From Klebsormidium nitens (taxonomy: Eukaryota; Plantae; Klebsormidiophyceae): a DNA stretch of 64,000 bases. Below, piece by piece: positions 1 to 13,015 of the stretch. The position numbers were made by a program, and so were the translations under genes. Where the stretch lies: contig DF237104.1 in the NCBI GenBank assembly GCA_000708835.1, forward strand, positions 1 through 64,000, written 5' to 3'. Numbering within the stretch: the first letter of the stretch is position 1; each line of letters starts with the position of its first letter. Below the pieces are notes generated by a model, which did no database searches, was not told the origin of the DNA, and saw only the letters and a list, made by a program, of their open reading frames with translations.

Positions 1-1400
1 TTCGAACGTTCCCGCCGGACATAACCCAGCTCCGAGCTGGTTGTGTCACCGTCAGTCACCAGCTTATGTCACCAACCGTCGCGTACCCTGAAGCATGCGC
101 CGCAGCCAGCTGCAGCATGCTTCTGGACATCCAAAGTTACTTGGACGAATCCACGGGTACATAAGCAAAATGGCTCATCCATTTCCAACTTGACTTTCAT
201 TCAAGTTAACAAAATCGCCACCGGACACTCGTGTCCACCCAGCATCCGAGCGCCTTGAGCGTTCACCCCAGCACCCGAGTACCTCGAGTACTCACCACCA
301 GCGCCAGCAGTACCGGCGAAGACAGGAGACAACATCAACAACAGTACGTACCAGTACGACAACACCACCGGCGTAGGAGAACGACAACATCAACGACAGC
401 AGTACCAACACGACAGTAACTTAATCGGCCTTATAGCCTTCAGCGTTACCTTCTTGTTTCACATCACCATGTCCCACGCCTCCGGCGATGCCATCATTCA
501 ATCAGTAAGTGTCATTTGCCTGTACTTGTCTTGTGCCCATGCTTGAATGCCCTTTGGACATCCAAAGTCCCAAAGTGCGAGCCACCGCCAAACTGGGTAG
601 TGAACCTCTCGGACGGACAATGTGGATGCTGTGGGGATTGCCTTGAATGTTAGCACAAGCCACCTCCAATGCAACTTGTTTAGAACATGCCATATACCAG
701 CCATACTTTTCTGAGCGTCGGCTTAGGATCCATCGTGTCCTTTCAATCAATCCTTAACCAAGGGAAGGGGCCCGACCCCGATAATGAATGACTATGAATT
801 CCATACATGCAACTCAGTTATAACCAAGCATACTACGAATTGCCCGTACCATGTATTTTTAACGCTTAGCCGATCCACATGTCTCTTCACGGCACATGAC
901 CGACGTCAATCAGACGCCGACGCTGTGTTCCGTGACACTCTCAACAAAGGGATCGATCATAGCCTGATTGTTTGTCTTCAATATGATTGCATGGTTCGTC
1001 GAACATGAATACATAGCTCGTGAATGCCATTGATTGGAATGGTCATCAAAAGCCAATTCACGATATATTGGAAGTCCAGTTCTTAGGATCTATACTTGGA
1101 GCCTGCAATCATGCAAACAACAATCCCAGATATCAATGACGCGGTATATTATCTCCTCGAGTCCATCAGGCCTTTTTTCCAATACCAAAATGATGGGTAA
1201 ATCTTGCACAAAGAAATTTTAAACCTGATCGTAGGTGCTCATGGTGCAGTCCTTGTTCTGCGTTATCAGATGCTTTGAACAAATGTGGTTTTCAACCAGC
1301 TAGAGCTAGGAGTTCGGACCAATTCTCAAGTTCAAGGCGAGCTTGTAGGCTACATATGACATGTAACTAAAGTGCAGTTCCCTACATCTAGCTCGTGAAG
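1..1400. other. 3' flank of the NERD-like gene containing degenerate, unidentified coding-like or repeat sequence
   Basis: Short internal repeats (gacaacatcaac at about 333 and 388), a W-rich short ORF at 498-704 (-), a purine run (AAGGGAAGGGG) near 760-770 and CATG clusters. No recognisable domain. Confidence 0.25.
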
Positions 1401-1492
1401 GCTGCCCTGATGTGGAATGCAATTTTGGGCTAGTCCAAGGTCCTCAACAACATTCGTGTCTTTCTCAAAAACGGATTCCTAAAGCAATTGAT

Positions 1493-4400
1493 TCATCTTT
1501 GGTGCAAGAAATCGCACGTGTCGCCTTTCACGCAATACCCTTTCGCAAAGTACATGCACGCCCTGTTTTGCTTTGGCCGGTGCATACTGCCGGGTGGGCC
1601 CTGGGCCCCATACGGTCTCTCTGCGCGCTCTTCATAACCATCACGGGAAGACCCTCCAGCTGGGGGCTGCCCCCTATACTGCGGTGCGACATTTCCACCA
1701 GGACCAGTCTCTAAGTTTCTCCTCGGCGCTGCGTCGAACTGACCGCGAGTCACGTCGCCACGTGGCAGCGGGTTGCCCTTCCACCTGTCGCCCTCGTCCT
1801 GCGCCCTTGCAAAGTTCGCGGGCGGGCCGCGCCCGCCATTCGCCCGACCAAAGCTGCTTTGCACGCGGTCACCTTCCGATGGACGGGGCGCATAGTCTCT
1901 ACTAACGAAAGTGCTTTCGCTCGGTCCACGCACTTCTCCTTGGTAGCCTTGCACGCCTGAAGCAGTCTCGTTTGGCCGAGCCGAAGCACCATAACTAGGC
2001 TGAGGATTATTTCTTGGCCCACCCGGAGCAGGCTCCCAGCGTGACGTGCCTCCAAAGCGCGTCGCTTCAGGCCTCTCGTGGGACACGGGCGGCGTTGCGG
2101 TTCTTGCCGGCTCAGCCGGCGTTCGGCTCTGGAACGTTCCGCCGACCTGAGCGGCCGGAGCTTGAGATGGCGCAGGCTGGCTTGGTCGCCCTGCTTCGGT
2201 CGCCAAAATCGAGGTCAACAAAACGGCACTGGACTCGGGCCGGTTTTCCATCCAGACTTTGAGCTCCGACGGGAATGCGCCAGTCGCCTGCCACTTTTTC
2301 AACTGCGCGAGTGTGAACGGGCCCTGCTGGACGCCCTGCGGATCTCTGTAGTGCCACTTAGGATCCGGCGGAGGTACGTACGGCGGAACGGGAACGGCCG
2401 CCGGGGCGGGAGCCGCCGGCGGGAGCGCTGCGGGGATTGGGAGGGGCGCGATCGGGGGCGGTTGACCGGACCGGAACGGCGGACGTACCCCCGAGCGGTC
2501 TCCAAAGCCTCGATATCCAGCTGTGTCCGTGTGCAGCGGGGGCGTTCGAGTAGGCGGGGCGCCCTGCTGCTGCTGAGTCACTGCCGGCGGCGGCTCGAAG
2601 CTGCGCTGGGGCTCGAAAGTGCGCGGCGGGTCCAAAGCGCGTGGCGCGTCATACTTACCGTACTCGGGCCGGTTGCCCGACGGCCTATTGTCAAACGGCC
2701 CTGCAAAAGGCTGCCGGTTCTTGCTTGGGTCGCGCACATGCAACGCCCCTAGATCCATGGGGGGTCGGACGGGCGCTGCGAAAGTCGGCGGCGTCTGAAG
2801 CAACGGCAGGTCGCGAGCGTCTCTCACAACGCTCCTTCCGGGACCCTCCCTCGGGGGCGGCCCGCCCCGCCCCCCCCCTCCAGAAGGCGCCATGAATCCT
2901 GAACCCCGGCCCCCGTTTCCGGGAGGTCCCAAAAACCCGGGTCCAAACGGCGGCGTTCTCTCCTTCCGTTCGAACCCGTTCCCTGGGCGGTCGTTCGACG
3001 GGCCCCTCTCCCGGTCACGAGGCCTGTCCCCCCCAAACCGAGGCGAGATTCCCGGGCGTGAAGAGTCCCCCCCTCTTGGCGGAGGCTCGTCGAACCTACT
3101 GGCACGTGGCGGCCTCTCGTTGAACCGCTCCCCCCCGCCCCGCCTGTCCGGCCCCGACTCTTTCCGCCGATCATCGTCCCGGGGGGACACTATGTCCCGG
3201 TCTCTTGGGCCTCCCCGCCCTCCTTGGTACGGAGACCGCCGTCCCCGCTCCCGTTCCCTCTCCCGACTGCGTTCCCGGGATCGCTCCGGCGCCCGCTCGA
3301 TCGGCCGCCGCTTGTCGAGGCCAGAATCTGCTCCCTTTCTCCGGTCATCTTTTCCCGGGGGGTCGGAACCCCGGCCAGCGGGACCCCACCGGCTGGTGCG
3401 GTCGTCACGGCGATTGCGGGGGCTCTTGACCGGGGCCGCGGTCGCCTTCTTTTGCTCGGCGGCGCGCTGCTGGGCCTCTGTGGAAGAACAAGACTTGCGT
3501 CAGAGGGTATCTTTCTGCAACGCATCCGAATGTCAGCAGGAATGTGATGGAGCACAGGCTCTCTGTATCTCATTGCCTGCCCAGCAGGGATACCACTCAG
3601 TCGATAGCCCTTCGATCTTCCTGACTACTTCCGCTTTCACTGTCCGGCCGTTTTTGGCTTCCACGTCACGCTAAGCACAGCTGTGACGACGTAATTGCAA
3701 GTCCGACAAAGCTCCGACTCCCACTGACGCCCCAGAGAAGGCGACCAACATCCAACGAAGACTCTCCAGGACAATCCGCAAAAGCTGGCGCACCTTTCTC
3801 CTTCTTCTCCCGCTCCTCCGCCTCCGGATCGTACGGCACGGCAGGGTCCATCTTGGGATCGGCCTCGATGCCGAGCGGCGCGCTCAGGCGGCCGGCACGC
3901 GTTTCTGGCCGCTCTACTTCCTTGAGCTGCTCCACGATGCGCTTCAGCTCCTTCATCTCGCCCAGCTCGCTCGCACGGTCGCGCAGGTTGATCAGCTTCT
4001 GCTTCTCCGCCTCCATTGCCTGGAGGGATGAGCAAAATGAGGCATTCAGTTCTGGCGAAGAGAAAGTGCGAGATTTGTCATTTCTCCATGGCTATTGGGT
4101 CAGGGACAAGACTGTACGTGCTTGATTGCTAAACGGGTAAGCTGACTTTTCAAGAGTGGGATAATGAGAACCTTTGAACTAAGGATTATTTTGCATGTAA
4201 TCCAGGCTGAGCATGTCCCTGTGTAAAGCTATGAGTGAGCTTAAGGGACATTCAGAACCTCTACGTCGACGAGGTTTTCTTCACAGTGGAAACAGTTCCG
4301 ACACAGTGCTTCCGTAACGCAACAGGTCGTGTCCGCCCTGACGGACACCAGCTGGGAAACGAACGGTCAATCGTCTTGCCAGGATGAAAAAACTCTTAGC

Positions 4401-7400
4401 TTACGAAAGGCCTTGCGAGGCCTCCATTTCATAGGTCCACCGGCATGGTCGAGGCACCACTTTGGGTCCTTGAACAATCACAATCTTGGATGCTTGAACG
4501 ACAAGTATCTTCACGGACTGCCTTAGGAATCGATGAAACGGCTTTCGAATCTGACAGATTGGGCAGGAAGGCGTGCGGCTCGCTGACCTCATCCACCCGG
4601 AAGGGCAGGATCTCCCGGGCCTTCGCCTCCACGTGGCCCACCGTCATTGGCTGAAACACCTCCGCCACCTTCGTGGCCCTCCACAGGCGCGCCATCTCGT
4701 CCTGCGCAATAACCAGCACAGGTCAGCTTAACCTTGCGGGCTGGGTTAGGGCTAATATGGCTGGGCTTGTTGAGGGAAACCTGGTAGGCTGCGTAACCAA
4801 GACTTGCACGAAACCGAGTTAGAACAAGGAAACGGACCAGACTGCAACCAAGCACAAATTCCGATCGCCACCAAACCGAAACCAGGTTAAAGATCACAGC
4901 GGATCGAAGCTTCCAGTACAAAACGAAACGGCTTTCCACCAGAACGAAGAATTTCTGACCGAGACAAGAAGCAGTTCTCCGCCCACACCCTCGCAAATCT
5001 CCTCAACTTCAAAAGTCAGTTTGACCATTCCCAAATAGTTGCTCATAAGCGGACTTTCGACAAATGAATGTCTTTCCAGACCGCACCTCGTCAAAGCCCT
5101 GGCTAGAGAGCTTGTCAAGGTATCTCAGCTCTTTCAGTCAGAATTGCTGCTTAGTTCGAAAACGATGCGGAAATCTCAAAGCGCACCTCGTCGAAGTCCT
5201 GGCTGAAGACCTTGTCAACAGATTTCAGCTCTGAGAAGCGGATATTGCTGTACAAGCATGCTGCACATGGCCGAGATGGGACGGAACGGAACGAAACGGA
5301 ATGGAAAGCGGAATGGAAGCCCCGAGCGCACCTCGTCGAAGTCCTGGCTAAAGAGCTTGTCAGTGAATTCCGGTTCTGAGTAGAAAAGTTTGCTGCACAA
5401 GCATGCTGCACAAGGTCGAGACGGAACGGTACGGACCGAAACAAGACGGAAAACGGAACGGAAGCCCGGGGTGCGCCTCGTCGAAGTCCTGGCTGGAGAG
5501 CGTGTCGTTCTTCGAGCTTTGAGTAGTGTATATAGTTGCTGCACAAGCATGCTGCCAAACTTGAGATGGAACGGAACGGAACGGAATGGAAAGCGGAACG
5601 GAAGCCCGGAGCTCACCTCGTCGAAGTCCTGGCTGGAGAGCGTGTCCATAAGCGTGTCCTCCACCTTGCTCAAGTTCTGCACTTTCAGCAGCCGCTTCGT
5701 CGGCTTGCGCCCAAACGTGTACTCCGTGCCCTCCGCAAAACCTGCAGAATGACTTGACACGTCAGCAAGAGTAGTTTGCGACGTCAGCAACGGTCGAGGA
5801 GACCGAGGACAGTACTTGGAAGCGCGCCTTTGCCCTGCCAACCACGGAACCCTGGGCCCGAACGTGTACTCCGTGCCCTCCGCAAAAATGCGAGTATGAT
5901 TCGACACGTCAGCAAAAGCGAGTCAACATGTCAGCAGCAATCGAGGACACTAAATTCAGGTTTTCAGTTGCACGTTTTCGCCCTTAAAATCCCCAGACTC
6001 TGAACCCGAGCGTGTGTTCCGGGCCCTCCACGCATCCTGCACGTCAGCGACAGAAGATGAACCAGAGGAAGATGCAGAAGTTGATTCCTGAAGGCCTGTT
6101 GTTGGCTTGCGCAATGAGAGACGTTGCAGTTCTTCAAAAACTGCATGGATGGTGTTCGCTGGCCTCAATAGTACATGAGAAGAGGTACAGAGATCGCTCT
6201 TTGGGAGGCGCCTTTTTGGTGTCGGCTCGAGTGAACATAAGCACGAAAAGTAGAGCAGACTTTGGGTGGATCATTGTAAGAAGAGTCGATAGTGCACGTG
6301 GGTGACATCGCGAAATCAACGTCCAACAACGTTAAACGTGGACATCAAGAACACCTGCGGGAATCAGAAACGTTATGAGATGCTTGAGGAGCTCTTCCAG
6401 AAATGGGAACAGGAGTTGCCGACCGTTCTCTTCTCTTGCCCCTCTCGTAAAAGACGGTCCTTCTCATCAGAGAATCCTTAAGCCGCAGGGTCATCCTTAC
6501 CAATCACTGGCACGAGACGGTACGCCGCTTTGGTGGGGTTGTCGATCGCGATGGTCTTGATGCGCACGAAAGCCCCCAGCACAACGCGCTCGAAGTCAGG
6601 GGACTCCACGAGCGACTCGAGCAGGCTGCGGCGGATGTATAAGAGCTCAATGTTCTTGCGGCTGATGGCCGCGTATTGCTCCTTCGTGGCGCCGTCTTCG
6701 GCGTCCTGCAAAAGAGGAAGACATCTCAAAATCGGAGTACAACGGAGAGAATATCTCAAGAAGACACGGAGTAAAACAAAGAGGATGTCTCCAAGGAAGA
6801 CACGGAGTAAAGGAAGCGGATGTTTCCAAGAGGACACGGAGTAGAACGAAGAGGATGTCTCCGAGAAGAAGTCACAAATGCACTTTTGCAACACGCTCGC
6901 TGGACTCCCGCGAACCAAGTTGGGGGCACGATAGTAGTGAAGAGGAGATCAAAAACGGAGGCACAGTCTTAGTGAAGAGGAAAGGGAACAGCAACCAAAG
7001 GAGACGGAAAGACAAAGAGGAAAGCGCAGGATAGACAAGAATGAAAACTATTTCCACCTCCGTCGGGGCCAACAACGGGAACGCCTCTTCAAGAATCGTC
7101 TGCGTACTTCAACTAGCAGGACGCAGTCCTTACTTTGCTTGTGGCTGCCGCTGATTTCTTCTTCTTGGAGTCGGTGCGCGTCAGTCGTTTCGTGACCTTC
7201 CTGCCCTTGCCAGCGGACGGGCCCTTCTGGAGCCGCCGCCCCGACACGCCCCGCTGCGTGAGGGAGCCGCTGAACTGCTCCTGGAGAATCCTGGAAGACA
7301 GAGAGGACCAGTAAGTTAGTCGTGCTGGTTCGTGAAACGAGAAGGGAGGGTTCGTAGGTCCAATCTCTGAATAAAATGCTTTGAGGAGCTACAAACAGTT

Positions 7401-10400
7401 CAGCATCCGCTTACAGCTTCGCAGGGAATCTTCCGAAGTTGGAAAGCACAAGTACCGGTATCTGAGTTCGGCAATAAATATCTTCGCCCGGCCGATAGTT
7501 TTGGACTTCATCGACAGGCGATACTGGTTCGATATTGGTTGATTTAGCTGGTAAGTCTAGGTCTGCCGGAAGGATCAAAAGCTTTAGGATTGACTCTTCG
7601 GCTTCAAAGGTGCCGAAACGAAAGGCCTCCGGCCTTGCTTCAGAATCATCTGGTCGTACAAAGGGCGGCGACTTCAAAGCAATCGCAGTCCGCTTCGGAG
7701 CAGATCAAGGACTTCCTTTTCGGTAGTCTATCAAAACACACGTGCCCAGATAGAGCTCTGATGAGCGCTGGGGCTTCTGACAAAGACATTCACAGTTGGT
7801 TGTGCAAGGATCGGGAGAATGGGACGAGAAAAGGAGGGCAACCGAGCCTAAAAGCTTCAGTATCCTGTGGTTGGTTGACCACAAGGAGAAAAGGAGGACG
7901 AAACAGGAGAGCGGGATGGAGCAAGCGCGTAAGTGATAAGGTTTTGGGTGGAAAACCTACTAAGTAGGATATGTTCGAAAGAAAAGACACACAAGAAGGA
8001 ACAGAACGAAGCCAGAACACTGTTGCTTAAACGTTCAACCGAACGAAAACCCAGCAAACTTCATGTTTCCTCATCGACAATGGTTTGCATCCAGCCCACA
8101 AAGTCCAAGTCGTTTTCAACTTCCACTCGGTTTTCGAGGAACGAAGAAAACAGAATCACGACAGCATTTCAGGCACGGTACCTGAGCATCGCGAGCCGCC
8201 CGACCGTTTTCCGCCGGAGCAGCTTCTCGAGTGCCTCGTCGCAGCGGATCTCGGCCGGCTTGTCCGGCGCCTGCAAACCCTTCTCTCTGACGTGGTCCCA
8301 CACCGCCTTCTCCACGTCATCCCGCGGCAGGGCCTTGCTGACGTCATGCCCACGTCCGCCGAGGAACGCGAGCAGCTCGGGGGACGCCCAGCTGTCGAAC
8401 TTGCGCCGCTCGGCAGGGGCGGGCGCCGCGGCAGTAGCGTCGTCGTCCGCGCCTAGATCGTCGGTGGCTGCGGGAAGACGCGAGTCTCCTGTTCTGTTCG
8501 TTCTTTTCCTTGCCCAATCAGCATTTATTTCCGGTGCGAGCAGAAGACTCTCATCCCAAGCTGAGACAGGCGGTGTAACAGGCGACGAAGGGATCGTGAT
8601 AGAGGGATGAGGAGCGACATTCAAATCAAACGGAGGTAACGACCAGTAAAAGCTGATACTGGTTCGTCGCTTTCGAGTCCGACTGATGAAAGCGAAGGGA
8701 CGGGAATCTTCAAGCGACTTTCCCCTTCAAAGTTTCAAAGCCTTTCGTGTGACCGATTGGCCCGGATCTTGAAACTGAGAACCATATGCCGTCTAATTGG
8801 CAAATGGTCGACCAGGCCAGAGTTAGACCGCTCCGACAACCGTTCACAGACATAACTCATTATGCGTGACAAACTCGGGCAAGTCCTGGCTCGACACAAA
8901 GATGGTAAACGGTTTCCATACTCCTTCGTAGAATTCCAAGAGAACGAGACCCATATCACTCCTCATTCGGCTTCTACTCTCCCTCGAAGGTGAGAACAGC
9001 TAGAGCAGATTCACAAGAACAAAGAAAGAAACACACGCGCTTAAGATCGCTTTCACACCTGCGGACCCTTCCTCGTCCCCCTCGGCTTGCTCGCCCTCGG
9101 CCGCGGCCGGTGCTTGAGCGGACGAGCGCAGCTGTCGGGCCCCCTCTGTCTTGGGCAGCGAAAGGCCCAGCTTGGACCGCTGGTTGAGCCAGTAGTCCCG
9201 GAAGAGGATCTCTTTCACTTCGATCTCCGAGTCCCCAGTCTGCGGAAAGCGGTCATCGAAGTTGGCAACAAAGTGAATGGCACGCCAAAGTTTTGCAGAA
9301 CAGGCGGGGCCGCTGTGAGCTGGGCGGAACTCGAAAGGGCGAAACTTGATGATACTATCACTTCAACAGAAATATGAACGAACAAGCTTCTTGCAGCACC
9401 CTCTTTGACCAAGTAGCACAGAAACATGGAAAACGACTTGAACAAGTTTTGTCGAAAAGAAGAGTAAAAGAACCGACGAGGCAGCGCTCCCGCTCATCCG
9501 TCAACCAAATGCAAGCCTTCTTCTTTTCTGCATTGACAGTCACAGTGCATACTGCAGGCTCACTTCGCTGACATCTCCTCCCTCGATCAGCCTGACTTGT
9601 GGCAGGCACATGAAGCAGAGCCCCAGCTTCTTCTTGAGCACAGTGAAGTCGGCAGTCCGGAAGTGGGCGGGACAGTAGGCCCTGTAGCAGGTGACGCAAT
9701 GGTACGCCGCTGGCTTGTTGCACTCCTCGCAGTAGTGCCGTCCTGAGCAAAAGCCGGAGTTGCGGTTTCAGAAAGACTCGTATGCATAAACCTATCATCC
9801 TCCGAGGTTGACTATTGACTGGAAGTACTGGTGTGACAGGGAGTTGCTGCCCAGGTGTTTTGTGGCTTGGTCACCAGCTGTGATTCGTCGAAGACTTCTG
9901 GTGAACCTTAGGGATGCCAGAGATTTCCCTTTTTGCGGCTAGGTTCCGTGTGTAAAGGCAGCCTCTGCTTAAGCGACGGCCGAGGACAAGGTAAAGGAAA
10001 GAACTGGGTAGGCTTTGTGTGTAGGAAGCTTAATGAAGGGCTGTGGGAAAAGTCCGTTTGAGAGATTGAGCATACTTCGAACTCGGACAATGACTTTTGT
10101 CAATTATTGGCACGATGCTATGCCTCCCTGATTGGATCTTGGTCAACAAACAAGGAACTGTGACTTTCTTCCTAGTCCAGATCGACGAATTCGTTGAACC
10201 TCAGAATCTGTCCCAAATGAAATGCTCTAAGTGGAGTTTCATATGGATCGTCATGGATCACTAAAGCTGGTTGAGTAGCAGACAGCAATCGATTGTACTT
10301 TTCAACGAATTGAACGGTTGAAAGTTTCTTAAGCAACTGAACAAAAACCCACATAAGTTGGAAGTCGTAGGCACAAGTGCCAAATAAACTGCTAAGGTTT

Positions 10401-12274
10401 TCACTAAAACAGACTTCATTGCTGTGCTTTCAAAAGTAGGATTAATACGGCGCCGGTGAGAAGTGTACTGGTCGTCATGTACTTGTGTAAGGGATTCGTA
10501 AATGTTTCGGAGTGTAGGGCTCTGATGCTCAGCAGGGGGCTGAAGTCGTGGGATATACAACTAATGATTATGAAGCTGATTTGACGATTTAGGAAGTGAT
10601 TGGACAGGCAGAGTCCAGTGAAAGCTGTTCAAAGCTGTGATGGGACAAGGAGAGCTCTGGTTGCTAAGCTGTGGGGTAACATCGGGCTTTCAATGAGCAT
10701 TAAGTGCGTCAGGTCCTAGCCTTCTCTACCTAACACTAAACTAAAGTACGTAGAAATTTCAGGATTGACTCGAGTACGGACAAGGTGTAGGTAACCTCCC
10801 TGGATATCTGGCTCGCACTTACCACAGTACCAGGTCTTGTTCTCCTCGACAACGTCCACACCGATGCATTCTGTATGGTACACCTTGGGGCAATCGCTGT
10901 AGCATGAGAATGAGAGAGCGTTTCAGAGGAGTCTATTTTCAGCAGACTGCTGCTGGCTTCCCTTGTGGGACAGACCCCATGAAGGTTCTCTCTCATGTTG
11001 TGTGCTTCCCAGTAGAAGCCACGCAGAGTGCTGGCCCTTCAACCTTTGCAGGCTTATCTGAAGGATGGGCAACCGCTGACAGGCTTGGAAGTTGAAAACT
11101 TGACATTGCACCTGTCTCTCAGACTTCTCTCATGCTAGTTCCCTGCTTGAAGCACTCGCTCCTGGACTTTGAATGAGCAGTACCTGTCCACTGATCTTTG
11201 TTTTGCTGTTGTTTCCCTTCTTCCATCCAGTAGAACTTTTCCAAAGTGGGATGCTAAACCAGAGGTATGGTCTGCAGACATGCGCAACTGTGGATGCATA
11301 ATCCGCGCATAGCTTTCAAAACTGCATATCTGGGACCACCAAGTGCGCTTTCTTCAACATTTTCTGAATACAGCCATGTAGTGGTGCTGTTCAAAAGTGA
11401 AAAGGCCCTCCACGCTGTTGCTAGAGCTTACTTTTTATGGTGACAAGTCTCCCAATAAAGTCCCAGTGTAGGCATTGAGTTTTGACAGCTTTGACGTGTA
11501 AGTGCAAAAAGAAACATGCAACACCAAACACTTGGGCGAGGCGCTAAATAACATCCTGATAACATGAGAAGTCTCCCAATCCAAAGGTTTGTCGATGCAG
11601 TATCCTGAATCACAGACCGCTGAGAAAGCCCCAGCCAGTCATGCATCAAAGTAGTGTAGCGTGAGGCTGCGAAGAGTCTGCTGAAGGCTTTGAACCAAGT
11701 GATCCCAATGCTGCTTCCAAAAAGGCGATGACTGCACTCCCGACAGACATTCCGGCTTCCATTCTTTGGTAATGGTCGGTCGGTGGCGCTTTCCGTCCTT
11801 TCTCACACAATCCGCACATCAACTTGATTGAAGCTTTGAGCAGGTGAGCCAAGCACTTGCAGGTCTGTGCCCACTTGTCTGCGTTGGCAACCACCCACAG
11901 TAAATCAGTTTTTGCTGACACAAGTTAAGATGGATTTGAAGAATTAATCCAAGGATTATCCAGGAGTCACTTCTCACTAACCGCTTGTCACAAGCCACCA
12001 GCGCCCCTCCATCATGGCATACAAAGCAAACGTCCTCCGTGACCTTTTCCTCAACTTCCACTTTAGCCTTCTTGCCCTCAGTGGGATACTCCTCTGGCGG
12101 TCGCTTTCTGCTGAAAGCAGACTTGACACCATCATCCTGCTCTTCTATCTCTTCCTGCAGGTCTGTGTGCGTCGTCTCAGTGTCGGACCCCTTGCCTTCA
12201 TCCGGATCTGCCAGGAACTCATCCCCACGCAAACTGGTCTCCTCGACATCGTCAGCTTTAACGTTTTCAGCCAT
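1493..12274 (-). CDS. NERD: NERD / zinc finger CCCH domain protein 19/44-like (PHD, SWIB, Plus3, GYF, C-terminal CCCH). Exons approx. 12274-11982, 10896-10823, 9742-9564, 9239-9059, 8560-8182, 7290-7134, 6705-6501, 5741-5617, 4701-4588, 4019-3794, 3477-1493
   Basis: The spliced frame gives a PHD finger (VCFVCHDGGALVACDKRDCPKVYHTECIG...WYCGRHYCEEC), SWIB (KFDSWASPELLAFL...DVEKAVWDHVREKGL...IRCDEALEKLL), Plus3 (YAAISRKNIELLYIRRSLLESLVESPDFERVVLGAFVRI...LINLRDRASELG), GYF (WHYRDPQGVQQGPFTLAQLKKW) and CCCH (CMYFAKGYCVKGDTCDFLH). All joins are GT-AG and phase-consistent. The start ATG at 12274 is inferred because an in-frame stop lies upstream. Confidence 0.92.
5080..5616 (-). repeat. Array of four decayed copies (about 100-145 bp period) of the 3' end and donor of NERD exon 5741-5617, with (GTTCC)n/(GGAAC)n microsatellite
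   Basis: The motif CCAGGACTTCGACGAG|GT(GC)G recurs with exon-end positions at 5617 (true exon), 5477, 5332, 5187 and 5087. cggaacggaac tracts and ctgcacaagcatgctgc recur in the units. Confidence 0.92.
5742..6050 (-). repeat. Two decayed copies (about 146 bp period) of the acceptor and 5' end of NERD exon 5741-5617
   Basis: True exon aacgtgtactccgtgccctccgcaaaa (5715-5740) is repeated almost exactly at about 5860-5888 and more loosely at about 6008-6040. gacacgtcagcaa recurs at about 5757 and 5903. Confidence 0.85.
6715..6870. repeat. Intronic minisatellite, about 33 bp unit, 3-4 copies
   Basis: gaagacacggagtaaa...gaggatgtctcc repeated in tandem. Confidence 0.8.
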
Positions 12275-12975
12275 CACAAGTGCTTTCCTTCCTCCAAACT
12301 TCAGAGTCTTCGCTTTCACCAATTCACATGCAGCTCGGCGGTGTCAAATGCATTCTCCCAGACTCTCATCTATCTGTGTCCGTAGCAGGGAGTCATGTTG
12401 TCAAAGGGAACAGTCAATGCCAGAAGCATGCGCGGTTCACAGGTGGACTCCTGAAGTAGCGGCCATGCCGGCTCCTGCGCGAATGAGCAAGATTTCTCTG
12501 CAAATTGCAATCTGATCCGCTGGCACGAGGGCCTTCGCAAGGAATAGCTTTAGGTGTGAATTTGCTCTTTCCTGGCTAGGGGATCAAATGCTAGCATGCA
12601 GTGGAGTCCACTGTGGACTGTCAGTGTAGAGATTCAGCAGTTCAATACGCGACCTTCAGTGTGAATACGTTGCACTTGAACCGTAGAATCGCGCGTACGC
12701 GCGCAATTGTCGAAATTCGATCATGCATGCTGGTGCCTGCTGGTGACGTGCAGTCAAAGCGCCCCTTCCGAGGGTATTGCGCTGGATCACGGCAAGCCTG
12801 TTGCTCAACGTACGTGGCCTGTCTCACACTACCTATCTGTACCTTTTGCTCATGCAACCGCGCCTGTACGCCTGAGTCTGTTGAGTGTAAGCTATGAGTG
12901 CTTGACAGGTCGTTGAACCTATGTTGAACCAAATAGGTCTGTATATTCATGCAACTTTGAGATTCACCATTGCAG

Positions 12976-13015
12976 GTCCAGCCAGGTCCAGCCAGGTCAC
13001 GTCCAGCCAGGTCCA
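12976..13015. repeat. (GTCCAGCCAG)n short tandem repeat
   Basis: gtccagccag gtccagccag gtcac gtccagccag gtcca is read directly from the sequence. Confidence 0.85.

Noticed and set aside
2860-2885. G-quadruplex-forming run in the NERD last exon
   Set aside because: Explained by Gly/Arg/Pro codons of an RGG region; no independent evidence.
2078-3674. Long + strand ORFs (224 aa and 260 aa) opposite the NERD last exon
   Set aside because: Antisense shadows of GC-rich, low-complexity coding sequence; no domain and no ATG context.
5215-5907. 230-aa ORF across the NERD echo array
   Set aside because: It includes the real exon but otherwise reads through repeat units and microsatellite; not a separate gene.
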